Assembly: GCF_001194135.2 (NCBI RefSeq)
Contig: NC_068987.1
Span: 69,568,956 to 69,609,995 of the forward strand
Source: Octopus bimaculoides
Lineage: Eukaryota
Direction of reading: 5' to 3'
DNA length: 41,040 nucleotides
Made by a program: the position numbers and the translations under genes
Part shown: positions 22,615-36,501 of the stretch, in pieces
Layout: each line of letters opens with the position of its first letter
How positions within the stretch are numbered: the stretch's first letter is position 1
Notes under the pieces: generated by a model
What the model saw: only the letters and a program-made list of their open reading frames with translations
What the model was told of the DNA's origin: nothing
Database searches by the model: none

Positions 22615-25396
22615 CATATAGAGCTGCGCATAGACACATTTACAGAGAGAGAGGGAGTGGGAAAGAGTGCGTGAGAGAGACGGGAAGAAAGAGGAGGAGA
22701 AAAGAAACACGAGTAAACAAATAACCATATACACATCCATTTCTCTATGCACGTATAAGTGTATGCATGTACAAATTCATTCCTATAACATGGTCACACA
22801 TATGAAGCTATACACGAAAGCACAATCATAAATTATACGCTCACTCACACATTCAACGTTATATACGTTCTTATACATCCACACACAAATCCACACACAC
22901 ACACACACAGAAACTCAGATAAACACATAGACACATATTGACAAACTCCACATAAACTAGAGATTTGTATAAACAGGGAATACTGCGATGCTTATCACAT
23001 AGAAAATGCAAAGATAACGGTAGGAGGATATAGCGAAAACCCATTAAACTGTAGGGAAATCCAGAGAAATAGAAGACTTCCTTCACACTGCCATATTTTC
23101 ATATGCAAGTCGCATACATATATTTCATACATTAGGGAATTCGATGGAGAGAGACCAGATGAACGAATAACGTTCCGAGATGAAATTTTCTATCATCACA
23201 CATACGCACGTACGCTCACGCACAGCCTTTCCACTACGTATATATTTATTCATACATACATAACTGCCATTATGGATGGAAAGAAAGCAGATACGTATGA
23301 GTATATATTATCTTTTGGGAATTTCATACACAGGGAGTATGATATAACGTTAAGAATATTGAAAGGTTCAATAAACAAGAAATGCCTTTATGATTATAAT
23401 ACATACATGCAGACATACATATATATATATGCGTGCATGTGTGTGTATGTATGTGTGTGTGTGTATGTGTGTGTGTGTGTGTGTGTGTGCGTGCACGCGC
23501 ACGTCTGTGTACAAATATATGCACATATATGTGTAAATGTGAGCGAGTGTGCATTTACGTGCATGAATGCGTGCTTGTTGATCTTTGTCTTTATGACTGA
23601 GTATATGTTTGTGAGTATAATATTGTTTAACCCCAGAGTAGATCTGATCAAGCACAACAATGATGAAAGGTGTTCAGTCGTTTTGTTTACGGCAGAGTAT
23701 CTTGGACTACATTATGTCAATGACTAGATTTAATTCGAGGGCAATTTGGCCTCTGTTTCGAGCTATTTAGCACAAGCATATAAGGAACATGCACACATAA
23801 TTTGGGTTTAAGCATGATGTCGCAGATTGCTTTAAAATAATTTTCTTCATTAACATCCTTAATAATCGAGGGATTCCTAGTTAACATATTACGCTGATTT
23901 AGCGAAGAATGTAACGTAGCGAGTGAGACTAAAATATCAAGTAATTTATTCTCTATGTCTCTTATATACAACATAAATATTCGTGTGTACACATACACCA
24001 AATAGGAGATGTCCCTTATAAGTTCTCGACCTACCAGATATTCAGTCTTCATCCCCTCCATTGATCCTTTACTATCCCAGAAAAAAAAAGAAAACGTCGG
24101 AGAATGAAGTCCCATACAAACAAAAACCCTGTCTAGGATTCCTCTAATTATAGTTTTTGGTTGACAACAACAGCTCTTCAGATAGATGCTATTGTACCCA
24201 CTTTTTCACAGCTACCGCATCCTTGTCATCAGATGCTTGTTACGAAAGAAAGTTCTTCACAGGAGGAAGTCGAGTACGTGGTTTCTTGGCAAAAATATGG
24301 GTGGTTACTCATTTTCATGATGAATATGAATAATTTTCAGACTCTTGTTCGGTCCTTTCACCTGATACAGCTCGCTGTTCACCGTGCAGATACATACCAG
24401 ACATTCAAGGGGAATTACGTTCTTGTTATCGCCTAATATATTCCCTTTGCCTTCCTATGACTATCGCTGGATGTTGAACATTTTAGGACTTGGAGAACGA
24501 TAGTGAGTATTGTCTTCTGGAACTGTTTTTTTTTCTTTTCATTCAGAATGCAATAAAAAAATTATTGTTTAGAATCAAATGGAAATATTATTTTACATTT
24601 CGTATGTTAAACGGCCTGCTGCAAGTAAATTCATATTAATATAACGGACTATAATTTTTACAATTAATATATAAGATGACATGCTCGATATGAAATCCTA
24701 TAAAGATTTCTTCTTATATATAATTCGTGGCTTACTCAAGCAAGAGATCCTAGTGAAGTGTGATCTCACCGCTGTTTCAAATTCTGACTAATGTCACTCC
24801 AATTCACATATGTCAGCATTGTCTTTGGTAAAGAAAAAAAGAAATAGTAAGAAATATCGCAATATCTCATCTACTTTCATGTAAATATATAGGTCATTGT
24901 GCTTAGACACATGAAACTAACTTTACATAAAAGTAGTGAGCGTTACCGAAGAATCGGGAATTTGAATCGTTATTAATTCTCGGTAGGAGCTGGTTCAATA
25001 TATTTCTGTTGATAATGTAAGTGAGAAATGCATTAGTGAACTGCCTTCCCTTAAATGGGAATTGCAGAAAATAAAAATGATTATTACTACTTACTGATGA
25101 TGTTAACAACAGCTGATATACTATATACTATACAAAATGAAACTAGGACAAACGTATGCGTGTGTACAAGTGTGGGATACCACGTAAATATAGAGGTGTG
25201 TATAAGTTTATTTATATGTGTACACATCTTATGTGCGTATGTGTGTATGCGTACGCATGTGCGTCTGCGAAAATGGCGATGGTAATTAAGGCTCCAACGC
25301 TAATGAAATTACAAAGAAAGTATTTGCAGGAATCAGGAAAGTGTATGCTGCAGGAATCAAGAAGAATGTACAGAGGTGGGGAATTTTTTCTTTCAG

Positions 25397-25523
25397 ATAA
25401 AATCGCTGTGCTAAAAATTAATGAGACGCTGGGCCTGGCAGCAGCAACAACAACAACACCAGATTTATCAACATCATCACAAACAGCAGCTGAGTCAGTA
25501 GACAATCTAACGCTAACAGCAAA
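25397..25523 (+). CDS. Candidate coding exon (127 nt, phase 1-2), Thr/Ser/Ala-rich
   Basis: TTTTTTCTTTCAG acceptor, frame xKIAVLKINETLGLAAATTTTPDLSTSSQTAAESVDNLTLTAK, and an AA|GTAAGA donor at 25524. An in-frame ATG in a good context (AAAATGGCG) at 25276 offers an alternative longer first exon. Confidence 0.3.
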
Positions 25524-25641
25524 GTAAGAATTATTGTTATTATTCTTGTGATCACTTTCGATTCCGTCTTCAAGCTATTTAAATTCTCTTAGACCACTGA
25601 TACACTCGGGAAAACTATGAGACAAAATCTTATTTCCTTTA

Positions 25642-25768
25642 ATCATCATCATCATCATCATCATCTTCTTCTTCTTCTTCTTCTTCTTCTTCTTCTTCTT
25701 CTTCTTCTTCTTCTTCTTCTTCTTCTTCTTCTTCTTCTTCTTCTTCTTCTCCTTCTTCTTCTTCTTCT
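25642..25768. repeat. (ATC)n followed by (CTT)n compound microsatellite
   Basis: Visible runs. The poly-Leu ORF is an artefact. Confidence 0.95.
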
Positions 25769-25804
25769 ATTACGTTCTATTGTTACTATTAACGTCAAAG
25801 TATA

Positions 25805-26022
25805 GGCGGTAGGCTGGCAGAATCGTTAACCATCCGGATAAAAATTCGAAGCGGCATTTCAACCAACTTTACATTCCGAGTTCAAACTCCGCAGTGGCCG
25901 AATGTCTTTCATCCATTCAGGGTCGTTGGAATAAATCCTACTTGAGCACTGGGTTCGGTGCAATCGTTGTGTATCATCCTCTCAAATTCTTAAACCTTGT
26001 GACTAAAGTTGAAAGGATTATT
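25805..26022 (+). mobile_element. Full-length Meta-domain-type tRNA-derived SINE
   Basis: GGCGGTAGGCTGGCAGAATCGTTA (A-box), CCGAGTTCAAACTCC (B-box), CTTTCATCCATTCAGGGTCG..TTGAGCACTGGG (Meta-like body), and a GAAAGGATTATT tail. Confidence 0.85.
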
Positions 26023-26326
26023 AAAAATCAATGTTATTTTACTTCTGTAATGGTTTGATTCTTCGTGTCCACATAGTATAATAAAGACTTTTGTACTTAC
26101 TTCGATTTCAAATTTAAAGGGGTGCATTAGAAGAAATGGTTGAACATTAGATAAAATACCTTAATGTACTCCTGCTATTTGAGTGCAATCTCCCAGGTTC
26201 AATGAAACCAGGCTTTTGAGACTCCTGTATTCAATGAAAACACTTACTTAAGTAACTAAAACTTTCCTTAGAAACTGATGTTCTTTGCCATAATTTCGAC
26301 ATTATTATTATTATTATAATAATCAA

Positions 26327-26540
26327 GGCGGTGATCTGGCAGAATCGTCAGCGCGATGAACGGAATGCTTAGCTTTATTGCGCCCGTCGCTACGTTCTGT
26401 GTTAAAATTTCTCCGAGGTCTTTCATCCTTTCAGGGTCGATAAATTAAGGACCAACGAACCACTGGGGTCGATGCAATCAACTTAATCTCCTCCTCCAAG
26501 CTACCCTTGTGGCAAAAAATTGAAGTCATTGTTATTATAA
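26327..26540 (+). mobile_element. Full-length Meta-domain-type tRNA-derived SINE, second copy
   Basis: GGCGGTGATCTGGCAGAATCGTCAG, then CTTTCATCCTTTCAGGGTCGATAAATTAAGGACCA..CACTGGGGTCGATGCAATC, and an (ATT)-rich tail. The flanks TTATTATAATAATC and TTATTATAATTATC resemble a decayed target-site duplication. Confidence 0.85.
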
Positions 26541-26764
26541 TTATCAGTAGTAGTAGTAGCTATGCTAGATTGAATAATTAAGTAGTAGTATCACCAAAAA
26601 CTGCAATGGAAGAAATGGTAAGAAATTTCATCACAAAACAACTGGAGGAAAATATATACCTAAACATATATCTGTTCGAGTTGAATAAAATAGTTTTGTA
26701 AGTGGGTCGTATCTTACTCACTAAGTAGCACACGCATGCGCTCCCACGCATGTGCTATACACCC

Positions 26765-26782
26765 CTCGACTTATTTTAATGC

Positions 26783-26836
<54 letters not shown>

Positions 26837-26975
26837 GTTTGTGTATGTGTAAGTATATATACACGTATATATATATACATACACACACACATACCCAAAC
26901 ACACACACACACACGTAGGTGTGTGTGCGTGTGTGTGTGTGTGTACGTGTGTGTGTGTGCGTGTGTGTGCACAGA
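26765..26975. repeat. Alternating (TG)n/(TA)n/(CA)n/(TG)n compound array
   Basis: Visible, with two orientation flips. Confidence 0.9.
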
Positions 26976-27168
26976 TAGAGATACAGACGCATCCTACTCA
27001 CACACATATAAATTTAATGAAATAGATTGTATATGCATACCAAATATATAGTTCCATCCGAGAGTCTATATGAATATACATTTACCTTTGTAGTATGTTT
27101 ATCTGCATTTTTATATGCCAATTTATATATATGTCTTTATCCATATTTTGTACACATGCATACACCAC

Positions 27169-27209
<41 letters not shown>

Positions 27210-28376
27210 NNNNNNNNNNNNNNNNNNNNNNNNNNNNNNNNNNNNNNNNNNNNNNNNNNNNNNNNNNNNNNNNNNNNNNNNNNNNNNNNNNNNNNNNNNN
27301 NNNNNNNNNNNNNNNNNNATATATATATAATATGTGTGTGTGTGTATGTGTGTATGTGTTTCCTTGATTGTGTGTGTGGATTTATCTTTGTATGCGTTCT
27401 GTTTTCGTCTCTTTTTGCCCTTAAATGCAAATCCTTTCATAGAGATATACAAAAATATATGCGCATAAATATCCCATGTAGGAGATTAATATATTGTCAG
27501 TTTGTACGAATCAAACATTTTTATAACGCAGGAGGGAAGCTTTCATTTCATATTCGCATGTACACACATATTCAGATAATGAGAGAGTAAAGGAGTAGGA
27601 AAGAGACAGAGAAAGGTAATAAGGGGATAAAGAGAGAAACAATGAGAGAGAAACAAAGTGAGAGGAATGATTATGTATGTATGTGTGCTTGTGTGCGTTT
27701 GATTGGAAAGAGGAATAGAGAAAAGCATGCATACATTCAAATCACCTCCCCTTCATGCTAACATACACATGCAAAGATTCAGTTCCATAGACGTACAAAG
27801 CTCAAAGCCGAGAATATTGCATATAGTTATTGAAGTGTGTTCGCGTAGAGTGTGGCGAAACGTGAGCATGCGCACATAGAATCACTAAAACTTGATTCTT
27901 TTATGGCGACGCAATCTCTGGTCGTTATTATTGTCGGAGACAATTCTTTGAAGTTAGCGCGGTCCAAGAGGAGATTTTTCCTGTCTGTTATATCTCCAGT
28001 GATTGTGCTCCGACGAAACCCGATCATCATCGATTCTATTTCGCACAGGGGGCCACAGCTACCGGATCGATATTGGCATAACCTTTGCCGAAGTGGGTCA
28101 GATGGTTGCTTGGCATTCGGAAGTTTACTGTCGTAGTCCTACTTCCCATTCTTTAATTCCCCTCCACCACCTACTGCACTTAACGTGTGCTAGTGAGCGT
28201 AATCTGTGTGTGTGTGTGTGTGTGTGTCCTTGAATGCATGTCTTGTGTGTATGAGTTTATGTGCTTGAATGTAGCATGCATAGTTTTACTCAGGTCGGGT
28301 GGCTGAGAGAAGCCACTGATCAAATTGATGATAGCAATGATGTGACTATTGTTATTACTACTACCGCTGTTTAGTC

Positions 28377-28407
<31 letters not shown>

Positions 28408-29457
28408 GCTGAGGCTGGTACTGCTACTGTTACTGCTGCTGAACTCAGGTGTATGTGATGATAACGATGAGAATGTTGATGTTAAGGTTATTTTTTAGTT
28501 TGTTTAAAACATTTGTTTTGTTGTTGTCATTTCTTATCATTGTTGTTATTGAGAATGTTGCACTCGCTGCAATTTCTGTTGTTGTTGTAGTGAATAACGT
28601 TAAAGGAATGGGATGGAAAAGATAGTGTGGAAGTAGCTTCTTTGGTTTCCGCTTTTCTCTCTCTCTCTTTCTTTTTTTTTCTTTTCTTGCATATAACGTG
28701 GTAGAGTGGGTGTATATGTGGGTGTAATAATGTACTATTGAGGCTTCTGTTACAGCGTTTGGTTTTGCGTTTTGCCTCTGTTCATATTGTTGCTTTTGTT
28801 GTTGCTGTTTGTAGCTGCTGCTGCTGTGCATAGCGTTGTAGAATTGGCGTTGAATAGTGTGTCATGGTTGGGTATGTATCTGATCGTATGCATTTTTGTG
28901 TGGGGTCTTCTGTATGCACTTGGGTGTGTGCGAATGTTTAAGTGGTAAGAGATGAGAATTAGAGATTAATGACAATGCCAGTATTTAAGGTGGTTTCGCC
29001 TTTTGCTCTTTTCTATTTTTCCTGTATTCCATTTTTCACCTTTTTTTTTTCTACCCCTTCTTACATTTTTTTCCCCGTTTGAAAGTTAGTGTTTAGTTGA
29101 ATGGAGCAAGTTAACTGAAATGAGAATCTGGCGGTGGCATGGGATGTATCAAACTCTATATTGATAGTGATGCTAACACAGCAATAGATTCCATTCGAAA
29201 TCTTGACAAAATGATGATGCTATACACAGTGCTAGACACCTCACACAGTCTCTTTAGTCCACCCTCTTTACTACACAACCACGTTTCTGCTGCACCTCAA
29301 TAACAGTCAGGCTGGGTGGCTGGCTGGTGTGGCAGGTTGGTCGGACGTGCTGCTATGTCACAAACAGCCAGTGATTTTGATAGGATTGGTGGACGTCAAT
29401 GGACATTTGAGTAAGGAACAACATGTCCTTCACGCTGCTCACAAAATAACACTACTT

Positions 29458-29501
<44 letters not shown>

Positions 29502-29574
29502 GTCATTCTTTCTCTCTATCTATCCTTATCTTTCTTATTCCTCAATTTTCGCTTCAATGCTTCGCTATTCCAGT

Positions 29575-29606
<32 letters not shown>

Positions 29607-30147
29607 CGCTCTCCAGTTCTCTCTCATTCTTTCTCTGTCCATGTATCTACGTTTCACTATTTCCTTCTCATCTTTTTTCCGACAAACAATTTTATTTTCA
29701 GCAGTACAAGTTAATGCAAGTGGTGGAAGTGAAGCGGTTATGTGTACATAGGAACATGCATAGGTGCACTATATGTCGTGACGTGCGCGCACACACGCAC
29801 GTTTGTGTGTGCGCGCGCGTGTGTGTAAGTGTGCATATGTGTTTGATTGTGTGTGTGTCTGGTGTATATGTCTATTTGTGTGTGAGAGTGTACACGCGCA
29901 CGTATTTGTGGCAATCTGATGGCGCTATTTGGTTTTCATATTTCTATGAGTATGTATATACACAACCACGTGAATCATACTCCCTCTACTTTCTCTCTCT
30001 CTCTCACTCTGTCTCTCTCTCCCTTAGTGATCCCTTTCCTGCTTTGAAGGTATGTGCTTGTATGTATGAGCTCTTTTATATGCCATATAAATGGTATTTA
30101 TGTGCTTCAACATGGTGTCTCTGTTATATATATCGTGTATATGTATC

Positions 30148-30149
<2 letters not shown>

Positions 30150-30222
<73 letters not shown>

Positions 30223-30232
30223 ACACACACAT
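30150..30232. repeat. (CA)n microsatellite
   Basis: Near-perfect run. Confidence 0.95.
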
Positions 30233-31066
30233 ATATGTAAGGGGCCCATACAATCGTTTATACTTCTATGGTTGAGTATGTTGTTCACCATTCGTATATT
30301 ATTCTCTGAAAGAGAATGAGTATGTTTTTGCGTGTGCACCGGACATGTGTGCACGTAGGAGCGTTCGGGAGTGAGCGTGTGGGCGTGCGTGCGGACAAGC
30401 ATGGGTTGCTTTGTTCAGCAATGTTGTATGCGCGTATCATACGTGCTGCGATTGTGTGCATGTGTATGTGTGTGCGTGTACGGTTGACTGTAAATATGTG
30501 CACGTGTGGGCGGATGTGTGAGCTGCATACAAAGCGGAGGATGAGTGTGGTGAGGTGCGGTGGGAGATGTCAAGTTAGTTTGTACGCATGGCCAGCCATC
30601 GTGTCATAGAGAGTGGTTTTTCGATTTCGTTTATTTGCTGCAGAAGAACTGAATATAGTTACGGTGTTGGTGTTGGTGATGGTGGCAGAAACTGGGGATG
30701 GTGGTGGTGGTGGTGGTGGTGGTGGTGGGAGTGCTACTGGCGTTTGTGTGACGGTTGAGAAGGGCAACGACCATTGATCTCTCATCAGGGAAAGCAATGT
30801 AGTGGGACAGGAAATATACAATGGGTCAAATCGAAGAAAGGAAGAAAATTCGTTCGACATACATTTATTAACAATTGAAAGACTCAAGCTCGCATACACG
30901 CATACGCACAAAGTCACAAGTACACGCACATATTTATACACATGGACGCACTTAAACACCATTTCGATATTCATATGCATAATCATGCATTTATAATTGC
31001 ATAAAACCAAACACATATATAGGACAAGGTGCTTTTGTTATGCGCACACGGACACATATACGCACG

Positions 31067-31140
<74 letters not shown>

Positions 31141-31209
31141 CGTGTATGTGTACATACATATATGTATATATGTATATATGTGTGTATGTATATGTATATA
31201 ATATATATA

Positions 31210-31260
<51 letters not shown>

Positions 31261-32212
31261 NNNNNNNNNNNNNNNNNNNNNNNNNNNNNNNNNNNNNNNN
31301 NNNNNNNNNNNNNNNNNNNNNNNNNNNNNNNNNNNNNNNNNNNNNNNNNNNNNNNNNNNNNNNNNNNNNNNNNNNNNNNNNNNNNNNNNNNNNNNNNNNN
31401 NNNNNNNNNNNNNNNNNNNNNNNNNNNNNNNNNNNNNNNNNNNNNNNNNNNNNNNNNNNNNNNNNNNNNNNNNNNNNNNNNNNNNNNNNNNNNNNNNNNN
31501 NNNNNNNNNNNNNNNNNNNNNNNNNNNNNNNNNNNNNNNNNNNNNNNNNNNNNNNNNNNNNNNNNNNNNNNNNNNNNNNNNNNNNNNNNNNNNNNNNNNN
31601 NNNNNNNNNNNNNNNNNNNNNNNNNNNNNNNNNNNNNNNNNNNNNNNNNNNNNNNNNNNNNNNNNNNNNNNNNNNNNNNNNNNNNNNNNNNNNNNNNNNN
31701 NNNNNNNNNNNNNNNNNNNNNNNNNNNNNNNNNNNNNNNNNNNNNNNNNNNNNNNNNNNNNNNNNNNNNNNNNNNNNNNNNNNNNNNNNNNNNNNNNNNN
31801 NNNNNNNNNNNNNNNNNNNNNNNNNNNNNNNNNNNNNNNNNNNNNNNNNNNNNNNNNNNNNNNNNNNNNNNNNNNNNNNNNNNNNNNNNNNNNNNNNNNN
31901 NNNNNNNNNNNNNNNNNNNNNNNNNNNNNNNNNNNNNNNNNNNNNNNNNNNNNNNNNNNNNNNNNNNNNNNNNNNNNNNNNNNNNNNNNNNNNNNNNNNN
32001 NNNNNNNNNNNNNNNNNNNNNNNNNNNNNNNNNNNNNNNNNNNNNNNNNNNNNNNNNNNNNNNNNNNNNNNNNNNNNNNNNNNNNNNNNNNNNNNNNNNN
32101 NNNNNNNNNNNNNNNNNNNNNNNNNNNNNNNNNNNNNNNNNNNNNNNNNNNNNNNNNNNNNNNNNNNNNNNNNNNNNNNNNNNNNNNNNNNNNNNNNNNN
32201 NNNNNNNNNNNN
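31261..32212. other. Largest assembly gap (N run), flanked by (TA)n
   Basis: N characters. Other gaps are at about 797, 3992, 4945, 10294, 12395, 14491, 14954, 22183, 27210, 33043 and 35685. Confidence 1.
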
Positions 32213-32285
<73 letters not shown>

Positions 32286-32998
32286 TAACATTAAAAGCAT
32301 TTATATATGTATGAATTGTCTGAGATTTGAGTAAAGAAAGACAATTGTACCCAGAATCGCACCAACATCTACTGGGAATAGTAGAAAGCATCGAAGACAC
32401 TAATTAAATTGCAATGAAAATTAAGGAAAGGTTGAATGAGTGTTTATATTTGTCTCTGATTTCCAAAATTAATAACAAAAGCCTCATCAGTAACCGGAAA
32501 TAATTTCACTATGGACAATAAGGCACGAAGATTAATAAATCCGATTACATTTCCATGCGTCAATGCTCTGTGATTCGAGCTCTTTATTTTTCCAGCTTAG
32601 AAGTTAGATTTGCCTATAAATGCATGAACATGAAGAATTTAGCTAGTAAATATGTAGTTTCGAATCATTGAGGTAAAATATGAACATTTATTAGACATGC
32701 AGATGCACGAAACTTGGATGGTTGCATCAATGCAGTATCGGTTAATTTAGGTGAGAATTAGAGCTGGGTCATAATCCACGCATAAATATACTAAATGTTC
32801 TGTGGACGATATAGTCTCATAGAGGCGGTGAAAATGGTAGTTAATTAGATGGTGGTACATGCATGTGTACGTCTAGAATTTTGATGTCTTCTGGATAAAT
32901 AAACAACGTAGAAGCAGCTATACTGTACACGCATAGATACAAACGCACTCACTCATTATAATACTTATGTATGCAAGTATACATATTTACGTATTTGT

Positions 32999-33042
<44 letters not shown>

Positions 33043-33237
33043 NNNNNNNNNNNNNNNNNNNNNNNNNNNNNNNNNNNNNNNNNNNNNNNNNNNNNNNNNN
33101 NNNNNNNNNNNNNNNNNNNNNNNNNNNNNNNNNNNNNNNNNNNNNNNNNNNNNNNNNNNNNNNNNNNNNNNNNNNNNNNNNNNNNNNNNNNNNNNNNNNN
33201 NNNNNNNNNNNNNNNNNNNNNNNNNNNNNNNNNNNNN

Positions 33238-33286
<49 letters not shown>

Positions 33287-34772
33287 ATGTATGTATATAT
33301 ATATATACATATGTTGATATTCAAGGTTATGTAGAAGATACATCCTGTTTCTTGTTGGCTAAAATTTTGTACATAATACCCCTGTGCGTATGGCTACGTT
33401 GAAAAAGTAGCCAAGTGCACATGTGTATGCGCATGTGCAAATGCGACTGCCAGTATACCTTGTTATGTATATGTTATCTCCTATTTCAACTAAACACACA
33501 TTCATATATAGTTTCATATAATTAAATGTGATTTCTAAAAAATTCTGATTCAGGCCGAAAATTCGGAATCTACGTTCAGACAAAATCGATTTTGTCCTTA
33601 TTTGCCCGAAGAACAAATATTTAAGCATATTAAAAAAGAAACAATTTAATATTGATTTGGCGTGAGACAAACTGTGCTTCGAAAGTTTTAATCTGATGGT
33701 AGAAATGTTAATATATTATTAACGTTTGAAATTGTTTTTGTTGGTAATGCGTGCGTAGCAATGGGATGAAAGCCTACTTTTTTGTTACTCTTCAAGTTAC
33801 TTTTAAATTTGACTGCATTCCCGCTCACTACGCAATGATTTTCAAATTTTTAATTATAAACATGAAAGAAAAAAAAAAGATATACATTTAATGAAAGCAA
33901 AAATTGTGAGGAATTCTATTAAAAGTGTCAAATATTTGGGGATATTAATCGAGGAAGAATTGGTATGAGCATGTATCATGATTTCAAGAGCCCATGTGGT
34001 CCCGAATAAATACAGCTATAAAGTATCGATTTTGATACGGGAAATAGCATTAGGTACTAGTAGATAACGATTACGTAGTAAAAGCAATTACGCTGTGATA
34101 TTGTTTTGTATGAAGTTAGATATTTGCTGCAGAAAATCCCGATGATGTTGCACTATATATTCTGATCGTATCTTTAAAGAACAGTCTTCGATGTATTTGC
34201 CAAAGGGAGAGCAATAAAGTAAATTGTACAAAACCTGTTGGTTTAGGAAAATGGAATTATTCGGTAATTTAGAGACGCCAAATATATGGAGCACAATATG
34301 TAAATTTGTATTAACACATGTTACGTGAGGATAATTGAAAGCTAACTTGAAAGAAATATTCTCAACTGTTCATTGTCCAAATTTTATTTTTAATTAATTT
34401 TAATTACTTAAAATTTCGAGGTGGCTCCCCTGCCTTCTTTCATGAGAATTGGTCATTAATGTAATGGCTTTTTCTTCTCACAACGGGTGTGATTTTCATT
34501 AGTCACAATTTCTTGACTCCATATATTGAGTACGCTAGCACCGACTTTACACAGATCATATATTGTTAAATCTTCGCTTAAAAAATTTAATAAAAACTAA
34601 AAAGATTTTCCTTAACAAAAAAAAAATCCAGCTTTATCTACACTAGATATATAAACGCTAGAAATTACGCTACTTCATAATTTCGTCACGAAACAGGAGA
34701 AAATTGTTTCCATTCATTGTTTTAGTAATTTATATTTGTCGTCAATTTGTACTGTCTGGGATATCAAAACTG

Positions 34773-34850
34773 ATTTCTAATTGTGGCTCAAGGCCAAATA
34801 TTTCAAGGAAGAAGCATGTTCGATCGTATTAACTCCAGTAGTTATTGTTG
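34773..34850 (-). mobile_element. Decayed 3' fragment of the Meta-domain-type SINE
   Basis: ATTTCTAATTGTGGCTCAAGGCC...TCGATCGTATTAACTCCAGT resembles the reverse complement of the SINE 3' end. Confidence 0.4.
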
Positions 34851-35639
34851 CTAAACACCAGGTCAAACTTGTTTAGACATATCATCAACGTCTTATTGAA
34901 ACATTATCAATGGTCTTTATGCCATTACCAACCTGTTACACCTTATCTATCATTAAATAACCATTGCGTTTCTACATTTTAAAAAGAAAACAATAGAATA
35001 TATTGGAGACAGCTGGCTGCTACTTCTAAAAGGTCGATAGAGAATTTAGAGTCTTTTTAGTTTGTTGAAGTGACAAGGAAATGTCTATAGCGCGGTGGAA
35101 TTTCATGAGATCTCGTTCTTAAATTACAGAGATTTTAGTTGCTCCGTCAACTTTTGTATCCTCACATAGATATGCGTTGAATATATACTTATTCACACGG
35201 ATGTACCCTCACACACGCTTACACAATCATTTACATAGTCAAAGAAAGAAAGAAAGAAAGAAAGAAAGAAACAAACAAACAAAGAAACTAACAAACAAAC
35301 AAAGAAAAATGAAGAGGATGAAGAAATTACCTGCGGTTTCAAAGACACAAACTTGCCTGATAGGATGCTTTCTAACAATTCCTCGGCAAATCAAACGGAA
35401 AATGCGACCACAGTAACATTTAAAAGGACGTACCGAAATTCGTTCCAACATGTTTTTAAGGACCTCTATTTAATACGTTATATTATACTGCATCTACAAA
35501 TGCTTTCATACATACCAAGAAATGTACCCTTCGATTCTTTAATTTTAATAAATTTTATACTCTACTCGTTTTCGTCCTTCATTTCAGTTTCAGCACCTAA
35601 TACTTGTATATATTTAAAATTGTCGTACTTGGTTGTGGT

Positions 35640-35684
<45 letters not shown>

Positions 35685-36501
35685 NNNNNNNNNNNNNNNN
35701 NNNNNNNNNNNNNNNNNNNNNNNNNNNNNNNNNNNNNNNNNNNNNNNNNNNNNNNNNNNNNNNNNNNNNNNNNNNNNNNNNNNNNNNNNNNNNNNNNNNN
35801 NNNNNNNNNNNNNNNNNNNNNNNNNNNNNNNNNNNNNNNNNNNNNNNNNNNNNNNNNNNNNNNNNNNNNNNNNNNNNNNNNNNNNNNNNNNNNNNNNNNN
35901 NNNNNNNNNNNNNNNNNNNNNNNNNNNNNNNNNNNNNNNNNNNNNNNNNNNNNNNNNNNNNNNNNNNNNNNNNNNNNNNNNNNNNNNNNNNNNNNNNNNN
36001 NNNNNNNNNNNNNNNNNNNNNNNNNNNNNNNNNNNNNNNNNNNNNNNNNNNNNNNNNNNNNNNNNNNNNNNNNNNNNNNNNNNNNNNNNNNNNNNNNNNN
36101 NNNNNNNNNNNNNNNNNNNNNNNNNNNNNNNNNNNNNNNNNNNNNNNNNNNNNNNNNNNNNNNNNNNNNNNNNNNNNNNNNNNNNNNNNNNNNNNNNNNN
36201 NNNNNNNNNNNNNNNNNNNNNNNNNNNNNNNNNNNNNNNNNNNNNNNNNNNNNNNNNNNNNNNNNNNNNNNNNNNNNNNNNNNNNNNNNNNNNNNNNNNN
36301 NNNNNNNNNNNNNNNNNNNNNNNNNNNNNNNNNNNNNNNNNNNNNNNNNNNNNNNNNNNNNNNNNNNNNNNNNNNNNNNNNNNNNNNNNNNNNNNNNNNN
36401 NNNNNNNNNNNNNNNNNNNNNNNNNNNNNNNNNNNNNNNNNNNNNNNNNNNNNNNNNNNNNNNNNNNNNNNNNNNNNNNNNNNNNNNNNNNNNNNNNNNN
36501 N
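35685..36501. other. Assembly gap (N run) after (TG)n
   Basis: N characters. Confidence 1.

Noticed and set aside
24212-24460. Possible exons (TASLSSDACYERKFFTGGSR; Cys-rich frame after 24340) and a faint minus-strand resemblance to a protein-primed DNA polymerase B motif (RLPPVKNFLS)
   Set aside because: There are multiple stops, the similarity is too short, and no consistent frame emerges.
30570-30830. Poly-Pro (minus) or poly-Gly/Trp (plus) frames around (GGT)n
   Set aside because: The signal is driven by the trinucleotide repeat. The minus frame lacks a canonical YAG acceptor, and the plus frames stop quickly.
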